Shown here in pieces: positions 12,171 to 22,850 of a DNA stretch of 64,000 nt. Source of the DNA: Lama guanicoe (lineage: Eukaryota); contig MU053487.1 of assembly GCA_013239625.1 (NCBI GenBank), positions 1,197,058-1,261,057 on the forward strand, in the 5' to 3' direction. Position 1 is the first letter of the stretch; each line of letters starts with the position of its first letter. The position numbers were made by a program, and so were the translations under genes. The notes beneath the pieces are model-generated. The model had not been told where the DNA came from and did not search any database. It saw only the letters and a list, made by a program, of their open reading frames with translations.

Positions 12171-14389
12171 ACACATGGCTTTATCTGCTACATTTAATAG
12201 CAACCTTTACTGTTTCTCATTGTCTTGTAATATATACTTTGTTTTTGCAACATATCATCTTTACAATTTGTGTGTTTTTCCTCATATGTATCACGTTTTA
12301 TGTTCCTTAGATCCTTTACAGGTTAACACATGTTCAGAAGCACTATTTTATTTTATTCATATGAAAATCCTTGGTATAAGGCATAGGTATATTATTATAT
12401 TAGTCACACTTGACAGATGGAGGGACTTCCACCCAGGGAGTTTAATTAACATGCCCAAGATCACTCAGTCAAGTTTTTTCAAGCTTCCCCAATTATAGAA
12501 TTTTGCCTCCCTGCCCCTCTACCTCTCATGCCTAATTTGTGGCAACTTTATAAAATACATAAATAAACAGAAGATGAAAGGGGAAAAGGAGATGCATTTC
12601 AAGTATTTAGTTTTGAAAATCTTATTTATAAACCAGTTTTCAAAATTAGGTTGGGGGAAATTTGAGGATATTGGCATATTTTGTGACACACAATCACTAT
12701 CACAGTGAAAAACTGAAATTTGACTGAAATAATAGACTGTTCTGATGTCTGTAGAAACATTTAGAGAAGCAAACAACATGTTGGGTGGTGGGGGAGGAGT
12801 TAAAAAAAGAGGCACACAGTTCACATATCAAAGTGCTTTTCACGTCAACATCAGCTAGGTTCGTTGTGTAGCATGAACAAAACTGACAGCCACACCTAAA
12901 GGGCTTTTTCCACTTCTGGACATAATTGAACAGAGCTAATGCATATTTATTACAGCATGATTCTCATTAAACAACAGCCTGGCCATTAGACATAAAATTC
13001 CTGCAGGCAACAAGGGGCAGTTTCTGCAAAGGACCTTCTCGACCACAGAGACCCTGCTGTGATTATGCTGGCAATTTTGTGTTCTGCGGATGGGAGGGAT
13101 GGGAGGCAGGGGACCTTAGCCTTCTGTAGCCCAGTCTGCCTGGGACCCCTCTGGTGGAATTGAGGGAGGTCTGTATTGCTTTCCTAGAGGGAGAGACCAA
13201 GGACCAGCCAGGCTGACATCTACCTCCCAGGCCCTCTCTTGTCCGATGCCCAGTCCTGTGGGCTGAGCTCTCGCTGAGGATGCCAGCTCTCCCCTTTTTC
13301 TGGAGGGAGCTTGCTGGGCTGGAAAACTGTCTGTAGAAAAGGCAGCCCTAAAGCACACCCTTTTTGAACAATCCCTGAATAGTATTTCCCATCTCACTGG
13401 TTCTGAGACATTTGAAAAATTCCTCAAGTCCTGATCAAAGGACAGTCCTCATCTTGTGGAATCTTTGGCTCACTCAGTCAGAGATCTGCCCTCTTCTAGA
13501 TGCTGTCTGAATACCATCTTTTCTATAAAAACTTCTCTGAGTCAAGAAAGACTGAACCTCTCTAATTCTTATTCTCTTAGTGTGCTGTTGATACTCTGTC
13601 TGGTACCAATTTCACTGTGACCTACATGGTGAGGATAACAGTGGTGTTGATGCCAGTGACAATGTTGTTAGGACATTTGCTCTAGAGACAGCCTCATGGC
13701 TGAAACCTCTTTCTGCTTTCCACGTGGTCCAGTAGTTTACTGTCTTGGCTTCCTCATCTGCAACATGGAGACAGTAACACTCTCCTTTCCAAGTTGCAAT
13801 AAACATTGAGAATGGAAGTGTACATAAATGTCGTCAGACTAAAGTCATCTTCCTTTCTTTTCACCTTTGTGCTATTTACAAATGATTTATTAATTTAGAT
13901 TATACTTTTTCATTAAATACAATGTGATATTTTACATTTGAGAATCTGCCTTTATATAAACCTATCTGTGCACCTACAGATCTTACCTAAGTATGTGTGG
14001 GTCTCTCTTCCTGAGTTTAACTTTCAGTGAGGAAATGATGTTATTTTACCATTAGGTTAGTTGCTTTCTGCCACAGACCCAGGTTTGGGCTGAATCCTCT
14101 CCATTTCCCCCTCAACTCCTTTTTCAGTCACTTGTGCACATCAGTGTCACGAGCAGTTTAGGCTGTCGGATGTTATGGGTGGTGATCACAGTATCAAGAT
14201 GGACACTCTGAGCTCATCAGCTACAACCTCACCAGGCAGGGCGGAGCTTCCTAAGAATTGCAGCTTTATTCCCTGATGCCTCGGTCTTGATGCTTGGCCC
14301 TGGGAGAAGTGGACCACTGGCCACCAGTAATGCCAAGCATAGTTCAGCTTATGGCCGTCACTCCTGCTTGTCTCACGCTTTACAATTGT

Positions 14390-14560
14390 TAGAGTGCCAT
14401 CTCCTGCAACCTACACTACTGACTTGTGGGCAGGTGACATAACCATTATATGGGTGGGGAAGTTGAGGCTCAGAGGCATCTGAGAATACCCCAGTTTCAA
14501 CCAGCAGCTGCAAATCTGCATCTCATGTCTCCTGACTCCCAAGTTGGTGCTCAGTCTCAG
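14390..14560 (-). mobile_element. MIR
   Basis: ccattatatgggtggggaagttgaggctcagagg...tctcctgactcccaag. Confidence 0.6.
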
Positions 14561-15299
14561 TCTTTTCGACGCTGCTGTAGTGGTTTATGCTGCTGGCATC
14601 CACTCTCATCTCACACTAATCCTACAAAGTCAGACCCAGAGACACTCAGACTACACTTGCCCAATGTGATTCATTCTCCCTAGAACAGGGAGGCCAGAAA
14701 AATGTCTTGTTTCAGACTATCTTCTTGAAAGAACTCCTGCCCAGCTTTACCCCAGGGGCATACTGTGGAAATGTGAAGGAGGGTTACAGCTTGAAAAAGC
14801 ATCCTCCGTGATTGGTACATATCACCCTAGGGGGAGATCTCCCTCCGCTCAATGCTTTTAGCCTTTTAGGAGCGTGTTTCCCCATTTATTCAAAGGCCAA
14901 GTCCTTTGAGAAAAATGTGCTGCTGCATATACTGATTTGTATTGATTCTTCCAACAAGTTTTGTAGAAGATTCATTTATCTGTTGGATGGTTGAGAGTTT
15001 ATGGGGATTCTTACATTTGACCAAACAGTGCCTTTTAACCATTGAGTTCTATTGGAAATTTTTCTTCATCTCTTTAGGAAGGGGATTTCTCGACAACCAG
15101 GTCTCTGTACCACTTTAGGCAACATAAATATATTCTCTTAATGACAAAAGGAAGCCTGGAGTCCAGAAAATGTAGCTCGATTTGAAGTTATGCAGAAGAA
15201 AATCCAGGCCTAGCTGGGAAGAAGGGAACTAGAAAGAATGACAAACCTGGACTGGCAGCAGAGGCGTGGAACCAGCACCACAAGCCTGAGGCCCCGCAA

Positions 15300-15860
15300 G
15301 TCGCCGGGACCTGTGTGAACTGTTACGTGTCAGTATGTGTTGGTGTCTGGAGGGGACATTCTGAGTCAGGGCCTAAAGTGACAGCTGGTGTTTGAAGCCT
15401 GCAGCCACGGACACAGCAAGGGTGTGAGGCGTGGGCGAGCTGGCCAGGAATGTCTTAACAGCCCGGCCTAGAGACACAGTTAAGTCCATCCTTATAAAGA
15501 AAGAATTTGGGGTGATCATTCCAGCTGGTGTTCTAGATTTCCCCGGGGTTAAATACAGCTTAAATAAACCCCAGCCTCCAAGCCCCATAGGCATGTGGCA
15601 GGTCGATCTTCCAGAGAAGCTCTTATCTATCACTCACGGAGGGTCTTGGTGAGATTATGTGTACTTGGAATCATGGGGCTGCATTCAAAACATGGCAGCT
15701 TTTACAAGACCAATAAATACGCCAGCCTGTCTGAGGCCAAAATTGGTCTCAGTGGATGTGGTTGAAATTGTTTTGTGGTTTTGATTCTTCATAACTTATG
15801 TTTTTACAGCATGGCCAACATGTCTAGGAAGTTGTGTTCTCTGTGGTTTAGTTGTATATA
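15300..15860. promoter_or_regulatory. Candidate enhancer (AP-1/TEAD/E-box/RUNX motif cluster)
   Basis: TGAGTCA 15362-15368; ACATTCT 15356-15362; TGACAGCTG 15379-15387; GGAATGT 15447-15453; CATTCCAGCTG 15517-15527; three TGTGGTT at ~15758-15848; locally raised CpG in repeat-free DNA. Confidence 0.45.
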
Positions 15861-17204
15861 ACTTTGGGCTCTTTAAGGGAGAAAAAGGAGAAATAATTCA
15901 ATTTGACTTTTGCTGCATAGAAGAGAGTTGGAGCTTTGGGAATGCGTTAAACAGTAATAACACGAATCACTTGTTTCTGAAAAAGGCATTGCCTGGAACG
16001 ACAACAGAACCTTTTAAGTGTATGCCTGGGGTGGCTTTAAAACCATGTTTATTTGTGTGTGGTGGGGGTGGCGTTTTGAAAGGATTTTGCTACCTGTGAT
16101 TTGAATGAACAGTAAAACGCAAAAAAGTTGCATTTACTAATTCCCTGAAATGTGTCTGTTCTTAACTGGGCTACTCACAAAGATGCACGTGGCTGAACTC
16201 GCGTCGCTGTGCCCAGCCCTTTCCTGCTAGGTTCATGTGCATCTAGATTCTGAGACGCCCGTGCCCAGGATGCTCCACTAGCATTTCCCAGAGAGCTTTG
16301 TCTGGGCATAAAAAGAATTGCCGAAATGTGCTTTTACAGATAAATCCTAAAACTCCTTGCTTTTGTGACCCATCCCTCAGGAATAACCCTTTCTGCCTTC
16401 ACTGCCTCGTTTCCTACCAGTAGTAGGACTGTTCACATAAGCTAACTCATTGTCTTAGACTTATACCCCAAGACGTTAAGACTTTATTGAGTCCTTTAGC
16501 AAAGACCCCCTAAATATGGAGAAGCAGAGATGCATCCCACTAGTTTGGCTCAAGATAAAGAAGTTGCCTGCACATTCTCATCTTGTCCCTTTTTGGTCAT
16601 CACCTCTTAGAATTCTCTAGGGTCTGGCAGTACTGCTTTCTTTTTTTCTTCCTCCAAAAATCCAGGTGCTGAGTTATCTTCTTTCATCTATTTTGATTCA
16701 TTAACTCATTTTCGCAACGTGATCTAGCTTTCCTGTAGGCAGTGGCATAACTGATTCCTTTTTTCCATTGACCCTTTCTGGAACTCTGCCTCATTCTTTT
16801 CTGCCCAAGACCAGCTATATTATCTCTTCTCAGGAATGTCTAGGTTAGGAACTTTTCCTTCAAGAACACCTAGGACTCAATACAGTGGTTACATATACAT
16901 GCAACATTGAGCAAATAGGCGGGAAGGGGTTTGTATAGTTCTACATGTGTGAGTTTAGGGTTCTGGATTCCAAGGGATTCGTCAGCCAGAAGGCTGCCTT
17001 CCGTCTTCAGTATCGCCACCTCCTCAATGTCAACGTGGTCCCCGAGCTCACACTAGAAGTGTTCATTCATCAGAAGGTTGGGCACAGAGTGGAAGTGAGG
17101 GAAGGAAGTACCGCTGTACTTCCTCAGCAAGTCTTTGCCTTGCAGGAAGATGAGAAATACTTTGCTACCACGGAGACTTCAACACTTTCAAAGGCAGTAT
17201 TTAT

Positions 17205-17315
17205 GAAATAGCAAAGTGCACACAGATCACCTGAAGATTTTGTTTAAATGCACATTCTGGTTCAGATCCTAGGTGATTCCTGGTGCTAGTGGTCCAGGGA
17301 CTACCATTCAAAATA
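17205..17315 (-). mobile_element. MER5-family fragment
   Basis: atcacctgaagattttgtttaaatgcacattctggttcag...ggtgattcctggtgctagtggtccagggact. Confidence 0.55.
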
Positions 17316-17327
17316 GTGACATCTAAA

Positions 17328-17638
17328 GCTGCCCTGTCCAGTGTGGTATATGGTAGTTACTTGTCCCCTGGACCTCTCCGAATTCAGTTGTTCTAAAAGT
17401 ATGCAATGCTCACAAGATTTTAAAGACTTATTACCAAAAAACTCCATGAATGTAAAGTTTCTCATTAACAATTTTATATTGATTACATGTTAATAATGGT
17501 TTGGATATTTGGGGCTAAATAAAATATATTGTTAAAATGAATTATACTTTGTTTCTTCTTACAAGTTGTAATGTGGTACTGGGAAATTTTAAGTTCTGTA
17601 CATGGCTTGTATTTATATTTCTATTGGTTAACATTACT
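17328..17638 (-). mobile_element. MER33 (hAT-Charlie)
   Basis: ctcattaacaattttatattgattacatgtt...ttggatatttggggctaaataaaatatattgttaaaat...tatatttctattgg is the antisense MER33 consensus. Confidence 0.85.
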
Positions 17639-17696
17639 CTAACACACTTTCACTTCCACTTCCTTAGTTATTGATAGCATTTGGCATGTTTTATCA

Positions 17697-17881
17697 CAGT
17701 GGTTCTCAAAACTTTACTGTGCATCGCAGCCACCTGGTTAGCTGGGTAAAACAAAGATTGTTGGCTTACCCCAGACTGTGACTGAGGAGTTCTGGAGTAG
17801 GGACCAAGAATTGTTGTTCCTTACAAGTTCCCGAGTGATACTGAAACTTCCAGTGCATGGACTACACTTGGAGCGGCAAGG
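17697..17881 (-). mobile_element. MER5A
   Basis: Starts with the cagtggttctcaaa terminal inverted repeat; internal accccagac...acaagttcccgagtgatactga. Confidence 0.8.
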
Positions 17882-18471
17882 CCTGAAATTCTTTCCCGTC
17901 TCGCCTGTCCAGTAGCACCGAGCACGTGCTGCCCTCTGTTCTGCAGTCTAGTCCATGAATACATCCTCTGCCTGTCCTCCTGTTCACATCACTATCTGTT
18001 CACCTGGTGGTAAAAGCCCTTGAAATAGGTTGTGCCTGTTCTGCTCGGTATCTCCAAAGCACCTAGTTAAATAATTGGCTTTTATGTTGAAAGGAATTGG
18101 ACTTAATGGAATTAGTGATCTCTCTTCCTTTAGTTCCCTTACTAGGAGCTCTGACAAGCACAAACTACTAAATCAGAAATGAAGTCAAACACGGATAAGG
18201 GTGGATCTGTCAGTCAATCTATTGATTTACTAATTATTAAGTAAATTGGGTTGAATTTTATTTCTATTCCTCTTCATCAGTTTAGCTCAGTGTAGATCTC
18301 TTAGCACTTCAGGTGCTGATGCTTAGGGTGATGAGTTAGCCCGGTTTCGGGTGGTAGGTATATAGCTAGCTGGAGTTCCAGGAAAACACCACCAAGTTCA
18401 CCCATGACATTACAGCTAGGGTGTCTCAGGAGCCCAGACAGGAGACAGACTTGCCTGATGTGCTGATTAAA

Positions 18472-18640
18472 GCCTTCCTACTCAAGTGTCCTCTCTCCTT
18501 AGACCAGCGGCACCAGCATCACCTGGAAGTTTGTTCCAAATGCAGACTCTCAGGCCAACACCTGAACTTACGAATTAGAATCCACATTTTAACCAGAATC
18601 CCAGATGACACGTCGGCCCATTAAAGTTTGAGCAGCACTG
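18472..18640 (+). mobile_element. MER5A1
   Basis: gaccagcggcaccagcatcacctggaagtttgttccaaatgcagactctcaggcc...taaagtttgagcagcactg. Confidence 0.85.
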
Positions 18641-19679
18641 GGTTGAAATGTAGAATCAGGTGTCGTGGAAGACTGAGGTTAGCTCTGGGCTTCTTTTCCT
18701 GCTTTCCCTAAGGGAAGTCTGGGTGTTTGGTCTAAGACAAGTCAGATGGCAGGATGAAGGCAGATGCCTCACACAGATGGAAATGCGTTTCCCTGGGATA
18801 AGCAGACCATAGCAGACTCCGCCAACTGCGACAGCCTTGTTCACAACGGGAGCAAATCCCTGGAAGATTTGCGGTGAGGGGAATTAGAGGAAAGAGGGAC
18901 TTTCAGTGTGATGGTGAGGCTTTGGCTGTCAACCAGCAGGACGCTGCTGCTCCTTGACAGCTGAAAGGAAGCCTGGCCCCACCAGCCTACCTGTCTGTGG
19001 CCACCTGTCACTCAGGAGTGGGAAGCAGATTTCCTGCCAGGGAGGAGGTGCCATGGCATCACCTGTCTCCAAACTCATGGGTGTGAGCTCAGCAGAGTGT
19101 GGGACTGAGGTGGCAGGGGACGGGACTGAGGTGGTGGGGACAATGCCATCCTGTGAACATTGCCTCCAGTTCATCTTCTTCTTAAGAAGAATGGGGCACA
19201 TAAAGACCACCAGGAAGGTCAGAGCCACATTTACGAATCAACTCTAGCAACTTACACAGCCCTGAGACCATGTCAAACATCTGTGTTGAATGTATTTTCT
19301 ATAGTGGAGAATATCTAGCTGAAGTTTTGATGTTTATTGTTGTCTTAATACCACGTTGTGATTATTATATGTTTAGTGGAATAAAGCAATAAAAAATAAA
19401 CGTAGAAAAGTAGATACATCATTGTGACCAGATTTCTTTTAAGTGAAAAAGACTTCACCAAAGCTATTTAAATATAATAAACATCTATAATTTAAAAACG
19501 TTAGAAACATGGAAAAATAAGTAAAGTAAGTAGCAATGATAGAAAATTTAAAACAAAAACAGGAGCTATACTTTAACAATATACATGAAAGTTACTGAGG
19601 AATTCTAGGGAGCATAAAAGTTATCCCTAATATGACTGATAGAAATACTCACTTTTATCTAGGTGCTTTTGGAACATTT

Positions 19680-19900
19680 ATTCATTTACATGTGTTCATC
19701 CAATCATGTGTTCATTTATTCAGCAACCATTCACTGAGCCCCGTCAGTGGGCCAGTTCCGTCACTAAGTGTTTTGAATGTATCAGAGAACAAGACAAATA
19801 AAGCAACTGTCCTACATTTGCTGGGAAACCACTAATACTTAAGTAAACAACAAATAAAGAATAATAACAGCCTGTTGACAGATGAGAGTGGAGGGAAATA
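19680..19900 (-). mobile_element. L2 3' end
   Basis: ttcatttattcagcaaccattcactgagc...cagagaacaagaca. Confidence 0.65.
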
Positions 19901-19903
19901 AAT

Positions 19904-20407
19904 GTGTACCTACTAGCTATTGCTGCTTACCGAGTCATGCCGAAATGAGTTAATGTATCCGTACAACTGAGTCACTATGCTGTACACTAGAAATTAACAT
20001 AATGTTATAAACCAACTATACTTAAATTAAAAAAAAAACTAGCACAATCGTTGAGCTCACAATTCTGGAGTTTGTCAGTCTGTGCTGGGATCAACCGGGT
20101 GGTTCTGTTCATCTGGTCAGGCTCCAGTGATCTGGGCCAGGTCTCACCCGTGCTTCCACAGACAGCTACTAGATCAGCCTAGGGCTGGCGGCTGTAAAGC
20201 GGTTCAGCTGGGAAGGCTCGTCTCTGCTCCACAGTTCTCATCCCCTAGGCGACTTTGGGCTTGTTCATTTGGTGATGGTGTAGGGGTCTCACAAGGGAGG
20301 ATGGAAATACATAATGCCTTTTGAGGCCCAGCCTTGAAACCCAATAGATTCAAACTCTTGCTGGAAAGAGCTACTAAGAATTGAGGCCACTTCTGTAATC
20401 AAGCACA
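19904..20407 (-). mobile_element. MLT1H-like MaLR LTR, interrupted by an L1 tail
   Basis: tagctattgctgc...gctcacaattctg...ctgggatcaaccgggtggttctg...cagctggga...ggccacttctgtaatcaagcaca. Confidence 0.6.
19950..20038 (+). mobile_element. Extremely 5'-truncated L1 3' tail with polyA
   Basis: aactgagtcactatgctgtacactagaaattaacataatgttataaaccaactatacttaaattaaaaaaaaaa matches the laurasiatherian/cetartiodactyl L1 terminus. Confidence 0.85.
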
Positions 20408-21149
20408 GAATAGAGCACCCAGGACTGAGCGCCAAAGCACTGCAGTGTTTGGAGCTTGGCTAAGTAAAGAGCCAGGAAGGAAACCAGCAGAGTCTGATGT
20501 TCTAGGAGTCCCGGGAGGGGAGCAAGAGATAAAAGGCTTGACACTAATGAGATAGATACTTGGAATACAGATGAGGAACCCCAAATAAATGATAACTTTT
20601 ATGGGCTATAGAGTATAAAATTATATGAATTATAAAATGGTGGAAGAGTATCCCAGAGTTTGCTAAAATTACTAAGAAGTAAAAATTCATTGATCCTTCT
20701 GGTCTTTTCATTTTTCACCAAATCACCTGCATGGAAGCTGTGAATTAGTTACGTTCTTGTATTTTGTGCGGCTTATCAAAAAGGAATCCCTATAGGGACC
20801 CAAAGGAGAAGAGTGTGTTCCAGAGTGTCCAAGAGGAAAAAAAGGCAGGAAGGAAAATAAAAAGCTTATTCAACTTGATTGCTTATCTATGGATCTAACT
20901 CAAGAACTTAAGAATAAAATGTATTAGACTACATCCAAAAGTTTCAATTTGTCATTTCCTTTATATATTATGTATTTGTATATGTACACACAGAATATAT
21001 AATACCTACTTATATATGCATGATATGACATGTATATATACACACATGTGCATATTTTTCAATGTATATAATTCATTTTGGGAAAATGTACTGTTACTCA
21101 AAGCCTTTTGCTGGAATATTCCTGCGAAATAACACCATAGATCGGCCCA

Positions 21150-21362
21150 GTGTTGCCCAGTGGCTCAGAGCAGTTAGAGACATGTCTCCAATACCTTCTG
21201 GCTGGGTGACCTCCATCAGGTTATTAGACTCCTTTGAGCCTCATTTCCTTATTTTTTTTTTAAGGGATAGACATAATACTCAGTTCAAATGAATGTTGTG
21301 AGAATTAAATTATGAAAATAATATCTGGCACATAACAAGCCCTCAGTAAATATTAGCTATTA
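21150..21362 (+). mobile_element. MIR
   Basis: ggctgggtgacct...ctttgagcctcatttcctta...gttgtgagaattaaat...tggcacataacaagccctcagtaaatattagctattat. Confidence 0.8.
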
Positions 21363-21693
21363 TGAGAGGGAAGAAAGAAATGGCATGGTCAGAGTCAGTG
21401 TCTCGTCTTGGGTAGATATTGGTGTCTGCACCTGCTGTCTCAGACTTGCTAGCAGTCTGAGCTGGATTAGTAATTATAGCTCATCCAGCTCATCCCCATC
21501 ATCTTACCTTTGCACAAACTGGAGCCTACAAGTGATGGGGCTGGAAGCACTTAGGTCTCATGTATTTAGTCTCCTACTCATAGGACTCTAGGAATTTAAA
21601 GACACAGAAGTCATTCTCATGCATAGAATTAGTGTGTTCCTTGATTTTCTCCTTAATTCTCCAAACATCTTGAATATTACTAAATATACTTTT

Positions 21694-21828
21694 TTATTTT
21701 AATTTTTTGGGGGGAAGTAATTAGGTTTTTATTTATTTATTTTCATGGAGGTACTGGGGATGGAACGCAGGGCCTTGTGCAGGCTAAGCACAGGCTATAC
21801 CTCTGAGCTATGTCCCCCCGCCCCCTCC
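21694..21828 (-). mobile_element. tRNA-derived SINE, camelid-like
   Basis: Minus strand: atagctcagaggtatagcctgtgcttagcctgcacaaggccctgcgttccatccccagtacctcc (A/B boxes), then aaataaataaataaaaacctaattacttcccccc and an A-rich tail; TSD act(a/g)aatatactttt at 21679-21693 and 21829-21843. Confidence 0.9.
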
Positions 21829-22099
21829 ACTGAATATACTTTTGAAGTCGAACACTGCAGTGTTACTCCTGAGTTACTTGTAATCCTTACAGCGTGTTGC
21901 CCTTTAACTTGAACTGAATGTCAATTTCAGTAGAACACCCTTCATTTTTGTAAGGGGAACTTTGCTCTCATTGTCAAAGAGTTTTCACTGGAAATGGATG
22001 CTAAATATTTTAGCCTATCTAGACTGGATCGTTTGATCTGTCATCTGTCTTCTGTAACTCTTACCTCTTTTCTAATTCTTATTCTTTAGCTTTCTCCAT

Positions 22100-22850
22100 C
22101 AAATTCTATGATACTGCCTCGTTTGTCTTTCATTCCAGTAATGCAATTTTCTGTAGTATGAAGTCTGCAGTGCTATATCCCCAGCCTCACTTTAAATTCA
22201 GCTCTCAGGTTTTTCTTTTCCTTGTACATATACTGACAACAGGTTATTTTTAACTACCCGCCTTGGCTTTGTAAATACGTGAATCTTTTTAACTGACATT
22301 CTGAGAATACAATTAAAAGTCCTTAAAGTTGTCTCCCTTTTATTTCCTGTAAACTTTTGCTATTCACTCCTAGTCTTACTGCTTTGTTGCAGAGAAAATG
22401 GCCTTCACATTTTCTAGTTCTTGGAATTTATTGAGATGTTCCTGTGGTCTCTTATATAATTGGTTTATGTCCATGTTCTAAGAAAATTACCAAATAATTT
22501 TTTATTCTGCATGTAGAAAATCTGTTTAACCATTGAATTATTACTATTGCCTACCTTATTACAGAAAAGCTCTATATTTACTTCACTTTTAAATTTTTAA
22601 AAGATTAAGATTTATGTTGAAAAGCTACCACAATTGTTATAAATTTGTTCAGTTCTCCAGTGTTTGTTTTTTCTTTTATATTGTTTTCCAACTGTCATAG
22701 AATCACTATGCATTCTGTTCTTTATCCAAGCTCTTGTTTCACATAATATATTTATTCAGTTTACTCTTATACTAATATGAAAGCACTTTCTCATCTTCAC
22801 ATTTTCTAATTCTTTCAATTTAAACTTTGAGTGTCAAATGTGTCCTCTTT
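22100..22850 (-). mobile_element. Old L1 ORF2-region fragment
   Basis: ttcttggaattttattgagatgttcctgtggtct...tccatgttcta resembles the antisense L1 endonuclease region; very diverged. Confidence 0.4.

Noticed and set aside
21750..21815. tRNA-like A/B boxes
   Set aside because: SINE head with A-rich tail and TSD, not a tRNA gene
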